Positions 17,489 through 30,667 of a stretch of DNA of 64,000 nt are shown piece after piece. Positions within the stretch are counted from its first letter, which is position 1; every line of letters begins with the position of its first letter. Location of the stretch: the NCBI GenBank assembly GCA_016191845.1, contig JACPVF010000015.1, positions 343,258 to 407,257 of the forward strand. The letters run 5' to 3'. Under the pieces are notes generated by a model, which did not search any database, was not told the DNA's origin, and saw only the letters and a program-made list of their open reading frames with translations. Source of the stretch: Chloroflexota bacterium. Lineage in GTDB: Bacteria; Chloroflexota; Anaerolineae; Anaerolineales; Villigracilaceae. The translations under genes and the position numbers were made by a program.

Positions 17489-18778
17489 TTAATTGAATTG
17501 CGGCAGCCACTGCCTGTTCGTTTCCAGCATGTCATCCATCACGGCCTGGACCTTATCCGCGCTGGGACCGAGCGGATTCGTCAGCAGCGCCTGGTACATG
17601 GCGTTGCGGTCGCCATGTACGGCCGCCTTGACGGTCAGGATCTCGTACATCTTGACCTGCGAGATCAGCCCGAAGCAGGCGGGCGGCAGCGGTTCGGAGG
17701 GCAGCGGGTGGACGCCCTGCCTGTCCACTTTGGCAGGCAGCTCCAGCACCCAGTCGGCGGGCCAGTCTTTGACCGCGCCGTTGTTGCGGACATTGACCAC
17801 GTGTACCTGTCCGAGGTCGTTGTAATGCGAGTTGATCAACTGCGTGGCCAGCGTGGAGTAGTAGGCGCCGCCGCGCTTCATCAGGTCGGCGGGCGGTTCG
17901 GTCAGGGCGGGGTCGGCGTATTCGCGCAGCAGGTCCTTCTCGATGGCCATGACCTCTTCGGCGCGCGAGGGCGGCCACTTCTTTTGAGCCTCGAACTTTT
18001 TGTCGGTGTAGTAGAAATATTGCAGGTAGTAGTTGGGGATCATACCCAGCGATTCGATGGTCCGCAGGTCCCACTCGGGATGTTCCTCTTCCTTGAGCGA
18101 CTCGACGAAGGCGGGGAAGATCAACGGCCACATTTCCTCGCCGTCGATGGTGAAGCCGCGGTGCCAGGTCAGGTGGTTGAGGCCGAGCGTGTTGAGGATG
18201 GCGCGGCTCTCGTCCACGTGCGAACCTGTGGCGGCTTCCAGCTTTTCGAGGATGCCCATCTTGGTGGTGATGCCCACGTTGCACACGCCCACCGCAGGGA
18301 CGTCCGCCGCGTAGCGAGTCAGTGCTTCGGTGACCAGTCCCGCGGGGTTGGTGAAGTTGGCCAGCAGCGCCCCAGGTGCCACTTCGCGGATGTCCTTTGC
18401 GATGCCGAGGATGACGGGGATGGTGCGCAGGGCCTTGGCCATGCCTCCCACGCCCGTGGTCTCCTGGCCGATCAGCCCGTGGCGCAGACCGAGGTACTCG
18501 TCCCCGCGCCGCGCGGGCATCATGCCGACCCGCAACTGCGTGGTGACATACGACGCGCCTGCGATGGCCTCGCGCTGATTCGTGGATAGCACCACTTTGA
18601 ACGGCTCACCTTTGGCCTTGACCATGCGCTGCGCGAACCCGCCGACGACTTCCAGCCGCTCGGGGTCGATGTCCATCAACCAGAGTTCCTTGAGCGGGAG
18701 GCTTTCCACACGGGCTAAAAATCCGTTGACCAATTCGGGCGTATACGTCGAACCGCCGCCAATGACTGTGATCTTCAT
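17489..18778 (-). CDS. Glycoside hydrolase family 4 (NAD+/Mn2+-dependent 6-phospho-glycosidase, ChbF/CelF-like)
   Basis: It has MKITVIGGGSTYTPELV (Rossmann N-terminus), GQETTGVGG, NFTNPAG and VGVCNVGI, which are GH4 hallmarks. Confidence 0.9.
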   Translation of the reverse strand: MKITVIGGGSTYTPELVNGFLARVESLPLKELWLMDIDPERLEVVGGFAQRMVKAKGEPFKVVLSTNQREAIAGASYVTTQLRVGMMPARRGDEYLGLRHGLIGQETTGVGGMAKALRTIPVILGIAKDIREVAPGALLANFTNPAGLVTEALTRYAADVPAVGVCNVGITTKMGILEKLEAATGSHVDESRAILNTLGLNHLTWHRGFTIDGEEMWPLIFPAFVESLKEEEHPEWDLRTIESLGMIPNYYLQYFYYTDKKFEAQKKWPPSRAEEVMAIEKDLLREYADPALTEPPADLMKRGGAYYSTLATQLINSHYNDLGQVHVVNVRNNGAVKDWPADWVLELPAKVDRQGVHPLPSEPLPPACFGLISQVKMYEILTVKAAVHGDRNAMYQALLTNPLGPSADKVQAVMDDMLETNRQWLPQFN

Positions 18779-19647
18779 GAGATGATATTTCCTTTCGATA
18801 ACTCGATTTTGAATAATTCGTATGACGCATCCCAGATTTCGTCGGGGACATAGGGCAGGTCGGCGTGGCCCGCCTGGGCGGACTGTTCATAGGCAAAGTC
18901 GACGAAGCGCGGCAGGGTGTTGACGCCGTGTTCGAGGTCGTGCAGCCAGCATTCGCCGATGGGTCCGCTGGCCGCCAGCAGACCTGTCTGCTCGAAGGCC
19001 TGGCGGATCAGGGATAAATCATAGTGCAGCTCGCGCAGTTCGGCGTCCCAGCGCACGCCGTCCCAGGTGAGGATGGCGTAGCTGCCGCCTGTCTGGCCGT
19101 TGAACGTGCCGCACACCGAGCCTGGGTTGAGAGCCAGCCGTCCGTCTAGGCGCAATTGCCAGGAGACGTGAGTATGGCCGAAGATCAGGACGGGTTCGGA
19201 GACCATCTCCAGCGCGACCTCCAGGCGGGACATATCCTGGTCGGGGTAGACCAGCTCCGAGACGTTGCGCGGCGAACCGTGTACCATGCGGATCGGGTCC
19301 GCGCCGTCGAAGGTGAGGGTCCGCTGTTCGGGCAGGTCGCGGATAAAGGTCAGGGAGTCCGAATCCATTTGCTGGTAGTTCCAGCGCATGAAGGCCCATT
19401 GACGGGCGTGATGCTGCCAGTCGGGCGCGTCCCCGTTGGCAAAGCGCAGCAGATAGTTCTCGTTGTTGCCGCGGATCATCGACGCGCCCAACGCGCGCAG
19501 ACATCGCAGCACCTCGACGGAGTTGGGCCCCGCCACCATGTCGCCCGCGACGAGGATGCCATCGACGGCATCCCGCTCGATCTCCGCGAGGGCCGCTTCG
19601 AGGGCAGGGAGGTTTCCGTGAACGTCGGCGAGGACAGCCAGGCGCAT
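18775..19647 (-). CDS. Calcineurin-like metallophosphoesterase
   Basis: It has MRLAVLADVHGN, VAGDMV, RGNNE and FGHTH, the classical metallophosphoesterase motifs. There is a 4-nt overlap with the GH4 gene. Confidence 0.85.
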   Translation of the reverse strand: MRLAVLADVHGNLPALEAALAEIERDAVDGILVAGDMVAGPNSVEVLRCLRALGASMIRGNNENYLLRFANGDAPDWQHHARQWAFMRWNYQQMDSDSLTFIRDLPEQRTLTFDGADPIRMVHGSPRNVSELVYPDQDMSRLEVALEMVSEPVLIFGHTHVSWQLRLDGRLALNPGSVCGTFNGQTGGSYAILTWDGVRWDAELRELHYDLSLIRQAFEQTGLLAASGPIGECWLHDLEHGVNTLPRFVDFAYEQSAQAGHADLPYVPDEIWDASYELFKIELSKGNIIS

Positions 19648-19650
19648 GAG

Positions 19651-20646
19651 CTATTGAATCTCCACGACCCTGCCCGTGCGGCTGGACTCGTAAGCCGCAT
19701 CCACCACCTTCATGTTGGTCCAGCCTTCCAGCCCGCCAGGGACGGGCGTTTGATTCCGCTCGACGCATTCGACAAAGTATTTCAGCTGGTCAGTGTACAT
19801 GCGCTGCGAGTAGTGGGCTTCCTTGACCGCCGCATCGGGTTCGATCAGATCGATCTTGTTCTCCTCGGCGTTCGGGATTTCGAGGCGGGTGGGGAAGACC
19901 TCGCCGAATCCGTTCAGACCGTACAATTGCGCGCCCGCCTCGGGGCTGTCCGAATGTGGCTGCCACCAGCCCGTCTCGATGTAGGATGTCACGCCGTTAT
20001 CCCAGTTGACGAGGATCACGCCCGTGTCGTCCACATCGGAGTCTTTGTAGTAGATGCCGATCTTCGCGTATACGGAGACAGGTTGCGGGTCGCCGAGCAG
20101 GTAGCGTGTGGTATCCAGCGCGTGGACGCCCATGTCGGCCATTGCGCCGCCGCCCGCGTATTGCTTCTGCGCGAACCAGCCCGAAGGTCCCCAGTTGACG
20201 TGCACGCTGTAGGCCTTGGTACGAATGATCTGCCCCAGTTGAGCGGCCTGTCCGCGCAGCCATTGCACCTCGGGATGGAAGCGCCAGCAGTGCGCCACCA
20301 TCAACAACTTGCCCGATTTATCCGCTGCGGCGCACATCTGCTCGGCTTCGTGCGCGTCCATCGCCATCGGCTTCTCGACCATCACATGCACGCCCGCTTC
20401 GAGCGCGGCGATGGTCTGTGACGCGTGCAGATAGTTTGGCGTGCTGACCACCAGCGCATCCACGCCGCCGTCCTTGAGCATGGCCTCGACCGTCTCGTAC
20501 TGCCGTGTGATTCCAAACTCTTTGCCAAACTCAGCCATCGACTCGGGTTGATGGTTGACCGCCGCGACCAGGTCCAGCCCCAGGCTTTGGGCGGCGCGGG
20601 CATGGACCTTGTTGATTCCACCAGTTCCTGCAAAAGCAATTTTCAT
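19651..20646 (-). CDS. Gfo/Idh/MocA-family NAD(P)-dependent oxidoreductase
   Basis: It has MKIAFAGTGGINKVHA (Rossmann fold), VSTPNYLHA and VMVEKPMA (the EKP motif). Confidence 0.88.
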   Translation of the reverse strand: MKIAFAGTGGINKVHARAAQSLGLDLVAAVNHQPESMAEFGKEFGITRQYETVEAMLKDGGVDALVVSTPNYLHASQTIAALEAGVHVMVEKPMAMDAHEAEQMCAAADKSGKLLMVAHCWRFHPEVQWLRGQAAQLGQIIRTKAYSVHVNWGPSGWFAQKQYAGGGAMADMGVHALDTTRYLLGDPQPVSVYAKIGIYYKDSDVDDTGVILVNWDNGVTSYIETGWWQPHSDSPEAGAQLYGLNGFGEVFPTRLEIPNAEENKIDLIEPDAAVKEAHYSQRMYTDQLKYFVECVERNQTPVPGGLEGWTNMKVVDAAYESSRTGRVVEIQ

Positions 20647-21145
20647 GCCTGATCTCCTTTGTTGTTGAAGAAGTGAGGAGCGTGCCCCGTAACCTCAAAG
20701 AAGCGTTCCAACTCGGCTTTGCTCAATACCAGTGTGGCCGTGTTGACCAGCGGATGACTCAAAAAATGTTCACCCTGCCAGATCTCGGCGTCGATCCACA
20801 ACTCGACCTGATGTGCCGTGTCATTGGCCAGCCCCATCATGGTCACCGAGCCGCGCGTCACACCCAGCAGGCGCAGCAGGGTTTCCTCTGAGCCGAAGCG
20901 CAGATGCGAGACGCCCAACTGCACTGCGAGATCATCCAGCTTCACCGTCTTCTCACAGGCCGTCACGGCCAGGAAGAAGCGCCGCGCCTTTTTGTCGCAC
21001 AGGAACAGGTTCTTGGTGCTGACCGCCTCGACGCCCGCATGATGCAAATCCGCTTCGGCGCAGGTGAACACGGCAGGATGCTCCAGCCGCTGACAGGCGA
21101 AGCCGTGGCCTTCCATGAAAGCCAGGAATTCCTGCTCGCTGGTCA

Positions 21146-21149
<4 letters not shown>
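20643..21149 (-). CDS. YbaK/ProX-type prolyl-tRNA-synthetase-associated (aminoacyl-tRNA trans-editing) domain protein
   Basis: 168 aa. LAFMEGHGFACQRLEHPAVFTCAEA...STKNLFLCDKKARRFFLAVT...LRFGSEETLLRLLGVTRGSVTMMGLAND..HPL.NTAT matches the ProX/PrdX pattern as I remember it. Both ends overlap their neighbours by 4 nt. Confidence 0.72.
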
Positions 21150-24319
<3,170 letters not shown>

Positions 24320-24871
24320 CTAATTGACTCTCTTCGACATGTAGATATCGGGTTTTCCCCTGCCATTCGCATCGGGCACGACGCCCGTGATGACGAAGCC
24401 CATCTTCTGATAGAACTCGAAGGGATGGCCTTTCAGGTTGCGGATGTTTCGAATCTGTTCCCAAAGATTCTCGTACAAATCCACATTCGCCAGCGAGGTC
24501 ATGCCGTCTTCGTCATCCGAGCCGAGGGTGATGGTCAGGCCGCCGCGCTGGCGGACCTGTTCTTCAAAGTCCTCGACCAGCGCGCGGCCGATGCCCTGTT
24601 TCTGGAGGGTCGGTTGTACCGCCAGTGGATGTAATTCCCAGACGTGACCGTCATACTCGGGGATCCCGCCGATCACGCCCAGCAGAGTCCCATCCTCGCC
24701 CACGGCGGCGCGGCAGATGCGGTCGGCCGAGAGCATCTCGCGGACCTCGGTCAGGCCGTCCTCAAAGGTGGGCCAGGCGTCGGGCCAGTGCTCGCGGAAG
24801 GCGTCCACGATCAGTTGTGCGGCCTGTTGAATGAGGTGTTCGTCAGCGGGCGTGAGGGGGATGATCTTCAT
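24320..24871 (-). CDS. GNAT N-acetyltransferase closely resembling AAC(6')-Ii-type aminoglycoside 6'-N-acetyltransferases
   Basis: WELHPLAV...QKQGIGRALV...GGLTITLGSDDEDGMTSLANVDLYENLWEQIRNIRNLKGHPFEFYQKMGFVITGVVPDANGRGKPDIYMSKRV parallels, from my memory of AAC(6')-Ii, WELHPLVV...GGITIYLGTDD...[32 protein letters not shown]. Confidence 0.75.
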   Translation of the reverse strand: MKIIPLTPADEHLIQQAAQLIVDAFREHWPDAWPTFEDGLTEVREMLSADRICRAAVGEDGTLLGVIGGIPEYDGHVWELHPLAVQPTLQKQGIGRALVEDFEEQVRQRGGLTITLGSDDEDGMTSLANVDLYENLWEQIRNIRNLKGHPFEFYQKMGFVITGVVPDANGRGKPDIYMSKRVN

Positions 24872-25764
24872 TTGGTTTTGTCTGCGTTCATGATGAGCGC
24901 GATGGAGCCCAGGACGCCTGCGCGGTTGCCCAGCGCGGGCGGGACGATGTACGAGTCGATGTCCTTCAGGATGGCAGGATGGTTGACGTAGCCCTTCAGC
25001 AGATCCTGAACTTTGGCCCTGATCTTGGGGAACATGAATTCGTTCTGCATCACGCCGCCGCCGATGATGATCTTCCTCGGTGTCAGCGTCAAAATGTAGT
25101 TGACCAGCGCGTAGGCGATATAGCCAGCTTCCACGTCCCAGAAGGGATGGTCGGCAGCCAGCGTCTCCGCGCGCTGACCGAAGCGTACCAGGATGGACGG
25201 CCCCGCCGCCAGGCCTTCGAAGCAGTCGCCGTGATAGGGACAGGCCCCATCGAAGGGATCGAGATCGCGGTCATGGGGTGGATAGATGTGTCCCATCTCG
25301 GGGCTGACCAGTCCGTGCATGGGTCTGCCGCCGATGATGAATCCCGCGCCGATGCCTGTCCCGACCGTGATGTAGAGTGATGGATCCAGACCTTTGCTGG
25401 CGCCCCAGCGGGCCTCGCCCAGCCCAGCCACAGCTACGTCCAGGTCAACGGCAAAGGGCAGGTTCAGACTCTTGCGCAGGGTGCCGAGCACGTCGGTGTT
25501 GCCCCAGTGCGGCTTGGGCGTGGTGGTGATGAATCCAAACGTGGGCGACTCAGGGTCGACGTCAAACGGGCCGAAGGAGCCGAGGCCGATTCCGTGCAAG
25601 CGGTCGACGTGCGGGGCGAAGAAATCCACCACCTGCTGGAGTGTTTCCTCGGGTGTGGTGGTGGGGAAGCGGACCTCGTCCACGACCTGCTCGGGGCTGC
25701 TGGCGATCATGCAGACGAACTTGGTGCCGCCTGCTTCGATGCCGCCGTACAGTTTCTCTGTCAT
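24868..25764 (-). CDS. ROK-family fructokinase/mannokinase (Mak/GmuE-like)
   Basis: It has YGGIEAGGTKFVC, ITVGTGIGAGFI and the zinc motif GHIYPPH...CPYHGDCFEGL. Confidence 0.85.
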   Translation of the reverse strand: MTEKLYGGIEAGGTKFVCMIASSPEQVVDEVRFPTTTPEETLQQVVDFFAPHVDRLHGIGLGSFGPFDVDPESPTFGFITTTPKPHWGNTDVLGTLRKSLNLPFAVDLDVAVAGLGEARWGASKGLDPSLYITVGTGIGAGFIIGGRPMHGLVSPEMGHIYPPHDRDLDPFDGACPYHGDCFEGLAAGPSILVRFGQRAETLAADHPFWDVEAGYIAYALVNYILTLTPRKIIIGGGVMQNEFMFPKIRAKVQDLLKGYVNHPAILKDIDSYIVPPALGNRAGVLGSIALIMNADKTK

Positions 25765-25776
25765 GGCTGTCTCCTC

Positions 25777-27099
25777 TTATTCCTCAACTTGATTCTTGCG
25801 GATGACCTCGGCATACCACTTGCCCGAATCCTTGACCGTGCGCTGGAGGGTGTCGTAATCCACGCGGATCAGGCCAAAGCGTTTGGTGAAGCCGTGACTC
25901 CACTCGAAGTTGTCGAGCAGTGACCAGACGAAGTATCCGCGCAGGTCCACACCGTCCTGCATGGCGAGGCGCGCCTGGATGAAATGCTGTTTGAGATAGT
26001 CGAGGCGGCGCGGGTCGTGGACCTGTCCGTCGGCGCTGACCTCATCTGCAAAGGCGGCGCCGTTCTCGGTGATATAGAGCGGCGGCAGGTCGTATTCACG
26101 GCTGATCTGTACCAGCAGGCGGCGCATGGCAGGCGCATGGACCTCCCAGCCCATTTCGGTGTATTCCGCGCCCGGAACGCGTTCGACACGTCCACCGGCG
26201 TTGACCAGGTGACGCGAATAATAATTAATGCCGAGAAAATCCAGCTTTTGCGAGATCAACGCCAGATCGCCATCGTGGATGGCAGGCATGTCATCGCCCA
26301 CTGTGTTGTAGACAGAGAGGGGATAGTGACCCTTGAAGATCGGGTCGAGGAAGAGGGTTTCCTGCTGATCCCAGGTGGACTGAGCGGCGACGGCGTCTTC
26401 GGGCGAGTGGGTCTCAGGCTCGGCAGGCCACAGGTTCAGCACGATGCCGACCTTGGCGCTCGGATCTGCCCCGCGGATGGCCTGTGTCGCCAGTCCATGC
26501 GCCAGCATAAGATGATGCGCCACCTGGTAGGCAGCCTTCTGATTCTGGATGCCGGGCGCATGTCCGCCCCAGTGATTGCCTGCGAACGCCACCACGCCGG
26601 GTTCGTTGAAGGTGGTCCAGTTCTTCACGCGGTCGCCGAAGCGCTTGACCATCAGTGCGGCGTAATCGGCAAATGCGTAGCTCAGATTGCGGTTGGTCCA
26701 GCCACCCTCGTCCTGGAATGTCTGCGGCAGGTCCCAATGATAGAGCGTCAGGAACGGCTCGATGTTGGCGGCGCACAGCGAATCGACCAGGCGGTCGTAG
26801 AAGTCGAGTCCCTGCGGGTTGATGCGGCCCCGTCCATGCGGGAGCACGCGCGGCCACGAGACCGAGAAGCGATAAGCCTTGAGGCCAAGCTGGCGCATGA
26901 GCGCGATATCCTCCTCGTAGCGGTGGTAATGATCGCAGGCCACGTCGCCCGTATCGCCGTTGGTGATCTTGCCTGGCGTGTGGCTGAAACGGTCCCAGAT
27001 CGACTCGCCCTTGCCGTCCGCATCCCATCCGCCTTCCACCTGATAGGCGGCTGTCGCCGCACCCCACAAGAATTTGGGGGGAAAAGAGTACGTGTTCAT
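25777..27099 (-). CDS. Glycoside hydrolase family 1 beta-glucosidase/beta-mannosidase-like
   Basis: It has FLWGAATAAYQVEGG, TFNEP (acid/base Glu) and YITENGAAF (nucleophile Glu). Confidence 0.93.
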   Translation of the reverse strand: MNTYSFPPKFLWGAATAAYQVEGGWDADGKGESIWDRFSHTPGKITNGDTGDVACDHYHRYEEDIALMRQLGLKAYRFSVSWPRVLPHGRGRINPQGLDFYDRLVDSLCAANIEPFLTLYHWDLPQTFQDEGGWTNRNLSYAFADYAALMVKRFGDRVKNWTTFNEPGVVAFAGNHWGGHAPGIQNQKAAYQVAHHLMLAHGLATQAIRGADPSAKVGIVLNLWPAEPETHSPEDAVAAQSTWDQQETLFLDPIFKGHYPLSVYNTVGDDMPAIHDGDLALISQKLDFLGINYYSRHLVNAGGRVERVPGAEYTEMGWEVHAPAMRRLLVQISREYDLPPLYITENGAAFADEVSADGQVHDPRRLDYLKQHFIQARLAMQDGVDLRGYFVWSLLDNFEWSHGFTKRFGLIRVDYDTLQRTVKDSGKWYAEVIRKNQVEE

Positions 27100-27132
27100 C
27101 CTATGTGAAACCTCAATGATTGGATTGATCGC

Positions 27133-28260
27133 TCATTCCTTCGAGCCCGTCAACTTGATGCCCTGGATGAAGGTCTTCTGCGCAAAGAAGAAGGCTACCA
27201 CGATCGGGATCGTGAAGACGGTGGCCGCGGCCATGAGCTGATTCCACACAAGGGTACGCTGACTCTGGAAATCCTGCAAGCCAAGTGCCATGGTGAAATT
27301 CTTCGGGCTGGTGAGGAAGAGCAGTGGACCCGTGAAGTCGTTCCACGCCCACAGGAAAGTGAAGACCGTGACGGTGGCCAGTACAGGCACCGAAAGGGGA
27401 ATCACCAACTGGGTAAAGATCTGCCATTCCGAAGCGCCGTCCACGCGGGCGGCATCGCACATCTCTTCGGGGATGGTTCGGAAGAACTGTCGCAGCAGGA
27501 ATACATCGTAGGCGTTGGCGAAGAAGGCGGGTACGATAATGGGCAGGAAGGTGTCGCCCCAGTGCAGGAAGTTGTTGAAGAACAGGTACAGCGGGATCAT
27601 CGTGACCTGATACGGTAGCATCATGGTGGCCAGCACGATCACGAACAGAATGTCGCGGCCAGGGAATTTCAAGCGCGCAAAGGCGTAGGCCACCGGCGCG
27701 TTCGAAAGCAACGTACCGACGATGGTGAAGAAGGCGATGATCAGGCTGTTCTTGAAATACACCCAGAAGCTGGCGTCCACGCTTGGGCGGCTGGCACGGT
27801 TCATCGCATCAGGGAAGTTCTGCCAGCGGAAGCTGACGTGCATTACAGGCGTGGCGATCTTGGTCTCGCCCTGCTGGATCTCATATTCCACGACCCGATC
27901 AGGATGCTGCGGGTCGACGAAGGTCCCCACCCCCTCGACGATCTTGACCGCCGCCAGTTGTTTTTCGCCCTGAGGGGTGATCACGTTATATAAAGGCAAT
28001 TCCTGCCCGTTGACCTCCACGCGGACGTTGTCGTACGGCAGCCAGCGCGGCGGCGTGTGGAACACGTCCTCGTTGGATTTGAAGGCCGTGATGAGCATCC
28101 ACAGGAACGGCACCAGGAAGAAAAGTCCAAAGAAGCTGATGAGCGCATGACTGAATAACGATTTGAAGAAATTACGCACGTTTTTCCTGCGCGCGCGCTG
28201 ACGGGACTCTTCGGTCTGCGTGAGGCGCGGGTCGGGGTATTGAGCGGGGATCGTGGTCAT
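27133..28260 (-). CDS. Carbohydrate ABC transporter permease (MalG-like, with an extended periplasmic loop)
   Basis: 375 aa. The EAA-like loop is DAARVDGASEWQIFTQLVIPL. An insertion of about 100 aa lies between TM1 and TM2. Confidence 0.88.
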   Translation of the reverse strand: MTTIPAQYPDPRLTQTEESRQRARRKNVRNFFKSLFSHALISFFGLFFLVPFLWMLITAFKSNEDVFHTPPRWLPYDNVRVEVNGQELPLYNVITPQGEKQLAAVKIVEGVGTFVDPQHPDRVVEYEIQQGETKIATPVMHVSFRWQNFPDAMNRASRPSVDASFWVYFKNSLIIAFFTIVGTLLSNAPVAYAFARLKFPGRDILFVIVLATMMLPYQVTMIPLYLFFNNFLHWGDTFLPIIVPAFFANAYDVFLLRQFFRTIPEEMCDAARVDGASEWQIFTQLVIPLSVPVLATVTVFTFLWAWNDFTGPLLFLTSPKNFTMALGLQDFQSQRTLVWNQLMAAATVFTIPIVVAFFFAQKTFIQGIKLTGSKE

Positions 28261-28263
28261 GGT

Positions 28264-29250
28264 TTACCCCGCGTAGTAGGTGAACTTGTCGCTGATTTTC
28301 AGCAGCAACAAGGTGCAGACCAGGATGATGATGAACAACACCCAGGCCATGGCCGAGGCATATCCCATCTTGAGCCATTGGAAGGCGTTCTGGTAGAGCA
28401 GCACGCTGTAGAACAAGGTCGAGTTCAGCGGATAGCCCAGGTTCTGGAATCCGCGGAAGACGTAAGCCTGCGCAAAATATTGGAACATGGCGATCACACC
28501 CGTGATGAGGTTGAAGAGCGTGATGGGTGAGACCATCGGCACGGTGACATGCCACAGGCGCTGCCACCAGTTGGCCCCGTCCAGTTCGGCGGCTTCCAGC
28601 AGACTGACCGACACATCCTGCAACCCCGAGAGATAGATGATGATGGTGTTTCCCATACCCCATAATCCCAGCATGATCAGCCCAGGCTTGGACCAGGCGG
28701 GGTTGCTCATCCAGTTCGGGCCGTGGATGCCGATGTAACCCAGCACGGTGTTGAGGATGCCCGCCTGCGGGTTGAGGATCCACAGCCACAGGATGGTGCT
28801 GGCCACGGTCGGTACGATGGACGGCAGGAAGTACACAACACGGTAGAAGGCTTGTCCACGCACCTTGAGGTTGAGCAGGATGGCGCAAAAAAAGGAGGCT
28901 AATAAAGTCAGCGGGACGCCGATCACCACCATGTAGAGCGTGTTGTAAAGGGCGGTCCAGAATAAATCATCTTGGAAAAGATCGATGTAGTTCTTCAATC
29001 CCACCCATTCGAGCGGCTGACGCGCATGATAGACGGCAAAGCTGTACACCAGCGAGGCCAGCATCGGGTACAGGGTAAAAACCAGGAAGCCGATCGTCCA
29101 CGGCAGCAGGAACAACATGCCGATCTTGAAGTTGTCGCGTTCGCGTCGGCTCCATTTCCTGAATCTGGGCGGCCAAATTTTTTGATCCGTCATGCGCAGT
29201 TCATCCATCGCTTCCTCTTTTCGTCTTACGGTAGGGGCACGGCGGGTCAT
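28264..29250 (-). CDS. Carbohydrate ABC transporter permease (MalF-like)
   Basis: It has LEAAELDGANWWQRLWHVTVP (EAA loop) and 6 TM. The alternative start MDELRM at 29208 has a better SD (GAGGAAG). Confidence 0.88.
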   Translation of the reverse strand: MTRRAPTVRRKEEAMDELRMTDQKIWPPRFRKWSRRERDNFKIGMLFLLPWTIGFLVFTLYPMLASLVYSFAVYHARQPLEWVGLKNYIDLFQDDLFWTALYNTLYMVVIGVPLTLLASFFCAILLNLKVRGQAFYRVVYFLPSIVPTVASTILWLWILNPQAGILNTVLGYIGIHGPNWMSNPAWSKPGLIMLGLWGMGNTIIIYLSGLQDVSVSLLEAAELDGANWWQRLWHVTVPMVSPITLFNLITGVIAMFQYFAQAYVFRGFQNLGYPLNSTLFYSVLLYQNAFQWLKMGYASAMAWVLFIIILVCTLLLLKISDKFTYYAG

Positions 29251-29294
29251 TCCAGTTCTATTGAATGACCGTTCTGCCGTGCCCCAACAAAATA

Positions 29295-30593
29295 TTACTT
29301 GAGCGACTCAGCCAGCTTCGGCTCGAAATCAGCTTGCAGTTTTTCGAGCAGCGGCTGCGGGTCGGCGCCCGTGTGCAACACCTGCTCTTCGAGCAAAGTC
29401 CAGGCGTCGTTGAACTCCAGCGAGATGGGCGTGGTGACCACGACCTTGGCATTCGGGTTGGCCATCAGGTCCATGAAGACCTTGAACTTGGGATTGCTGG
29501 TGAAGCATGGATCTTCAGCGGCCTTCTTGCTGGTGGGCAGGTTGGCGTTGAAGCAGAACTCCTCGGCCACGATGGCAGGCGACATCATCCACGCCAGCAG
29601 CTTGGCGGACGCTTCCTTGTCTGCTGCGCCGCTGGGAATGACCGCCACCGTGCCAGAGGCAACGCCCGTGTTGGCGCGCTCGGGATGGTCCGCGGGCGGC
29701 GGGAAGGCGGCCACGCCGTAGCTGGCCTCGGGCTTGAACTTGCTGATGAAGTTCGGGCCCGTCATCCATTCGCCGTCCACATACATGGCCAGCTTGCCCG
29801 TGTAGAACGGATAATCGCCAGACATGTAGGCGTCGGCCCAGCCCGACGAGAAGGCCATCACATTGTCCACGCCGTATTTGGTGTAGAACTGCTGCTCCCA
29901 TTTCAGCGCGTCGATGACGGGCTGCGTGTTGGCGGTGATCTTCGTGCCGTCCTCGTTGTACCAGAAGCCGCCGAACATGTTGGTGTACAGCTCGCTGTGA
30001 CCCCAGCCCTGATCGGGCAGGAAGCCGATCTGTTCGAGCGTGCCGTCAGGGTTGACCTTGGTCAGCTTGTCGGAGAATTCGGCCAGTTGCTCCATCGTGG
30101 CGGGCGGGGTGTTGGGGTCGAGACCAGCCGCTTCGAAGAGGTCCTTGTTCCAGAACAGGGCGTACATGTCCGAACCCCAGGGCAGGCATAGGATCTTGTC
30201 GCCCATCTTGCACTGCTGCAGGGGCGCATCGAAGAAATCGGTCAGGTCAATGCTGCCGCTTTTGATCGCAGGACTCAGCTCATCGACCAGGCCTTCCTTG
30301 TAGTACGATTTGACCAGGTCGCCGCCGCTCAGCACGAGGATGTCGGGCGGCTCGGAACCTGTCAGCGCGGGCAGGATCTTGTCCACTTCGAGCGGGGCGG
30401 TCACTTCGACCTTGATGCCCGTTTCAGCGGTGTACTTGTCGAACAGGGTCTGGATCTGCTGGGGGTTGTCGCCCCACTGGATCCACACCCGCAGGACCTT
30501 CGGTTCTGAGCTGGCAGGCGCCTGCGTGCCACAGGCCGAGAGCAGCAAGCTTGCGATCATCAGGATGCTCAACAGCGAGAAAAGTTTTTTCAT
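29295..30593 (-). CDS. Extracellular solute-binding lipoprotein of the sugar ABC transporter (family 1)
   Basis: It has MKKLFSLLSILMIASLLLSACG (lipobox) and the length and composition of a family-1 SBP. Confidence 0.88.
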   Translation of the reverse strand: MKKLFSLLSILMIASLLLSACGTQAPASSEPKVLRVWIQWGDNPQQIQTLFDKYTAETGIKVEVTAPLEVDKILPALTGSEPPDILVLSGGDLVKSYYKEGLVDELSPAIKSGSIDLTDFFDAPLQQCKMGDKILCLPWGSDMYALFWNKDLFEAAGLDPNTPPATMEQLAEFSDKLTKVNPDGTLEQIGFLPDQGWGHSELYTNMFGGFWYNEDGTKITANTQPVIDALKWEQQFYTKYGVDNVMAFSSGWADAYMSGDYPFYTGKLAMYVDGEWMTGPNFISKFKPEASYGVAAFPPPADHPERANTGVASGTVAVIPSGAADKEASAKLLAWMMSPAIVAEEFCFNANLPTSKKAAEDPCFTSNPKFKVFMDLMANPNAKVVVTTPISLEFNDAWTLLEEQVLHTGADPQPLLEKLQADFEPKLAESLK

Positions 30594-30667
30594 CTTCCGT
30601 CACTCCTTTTGATATGGTTGGGAAACATCAGCCTTGAGGCAGGGACAATGAGGCGGCGAACCTCCTT

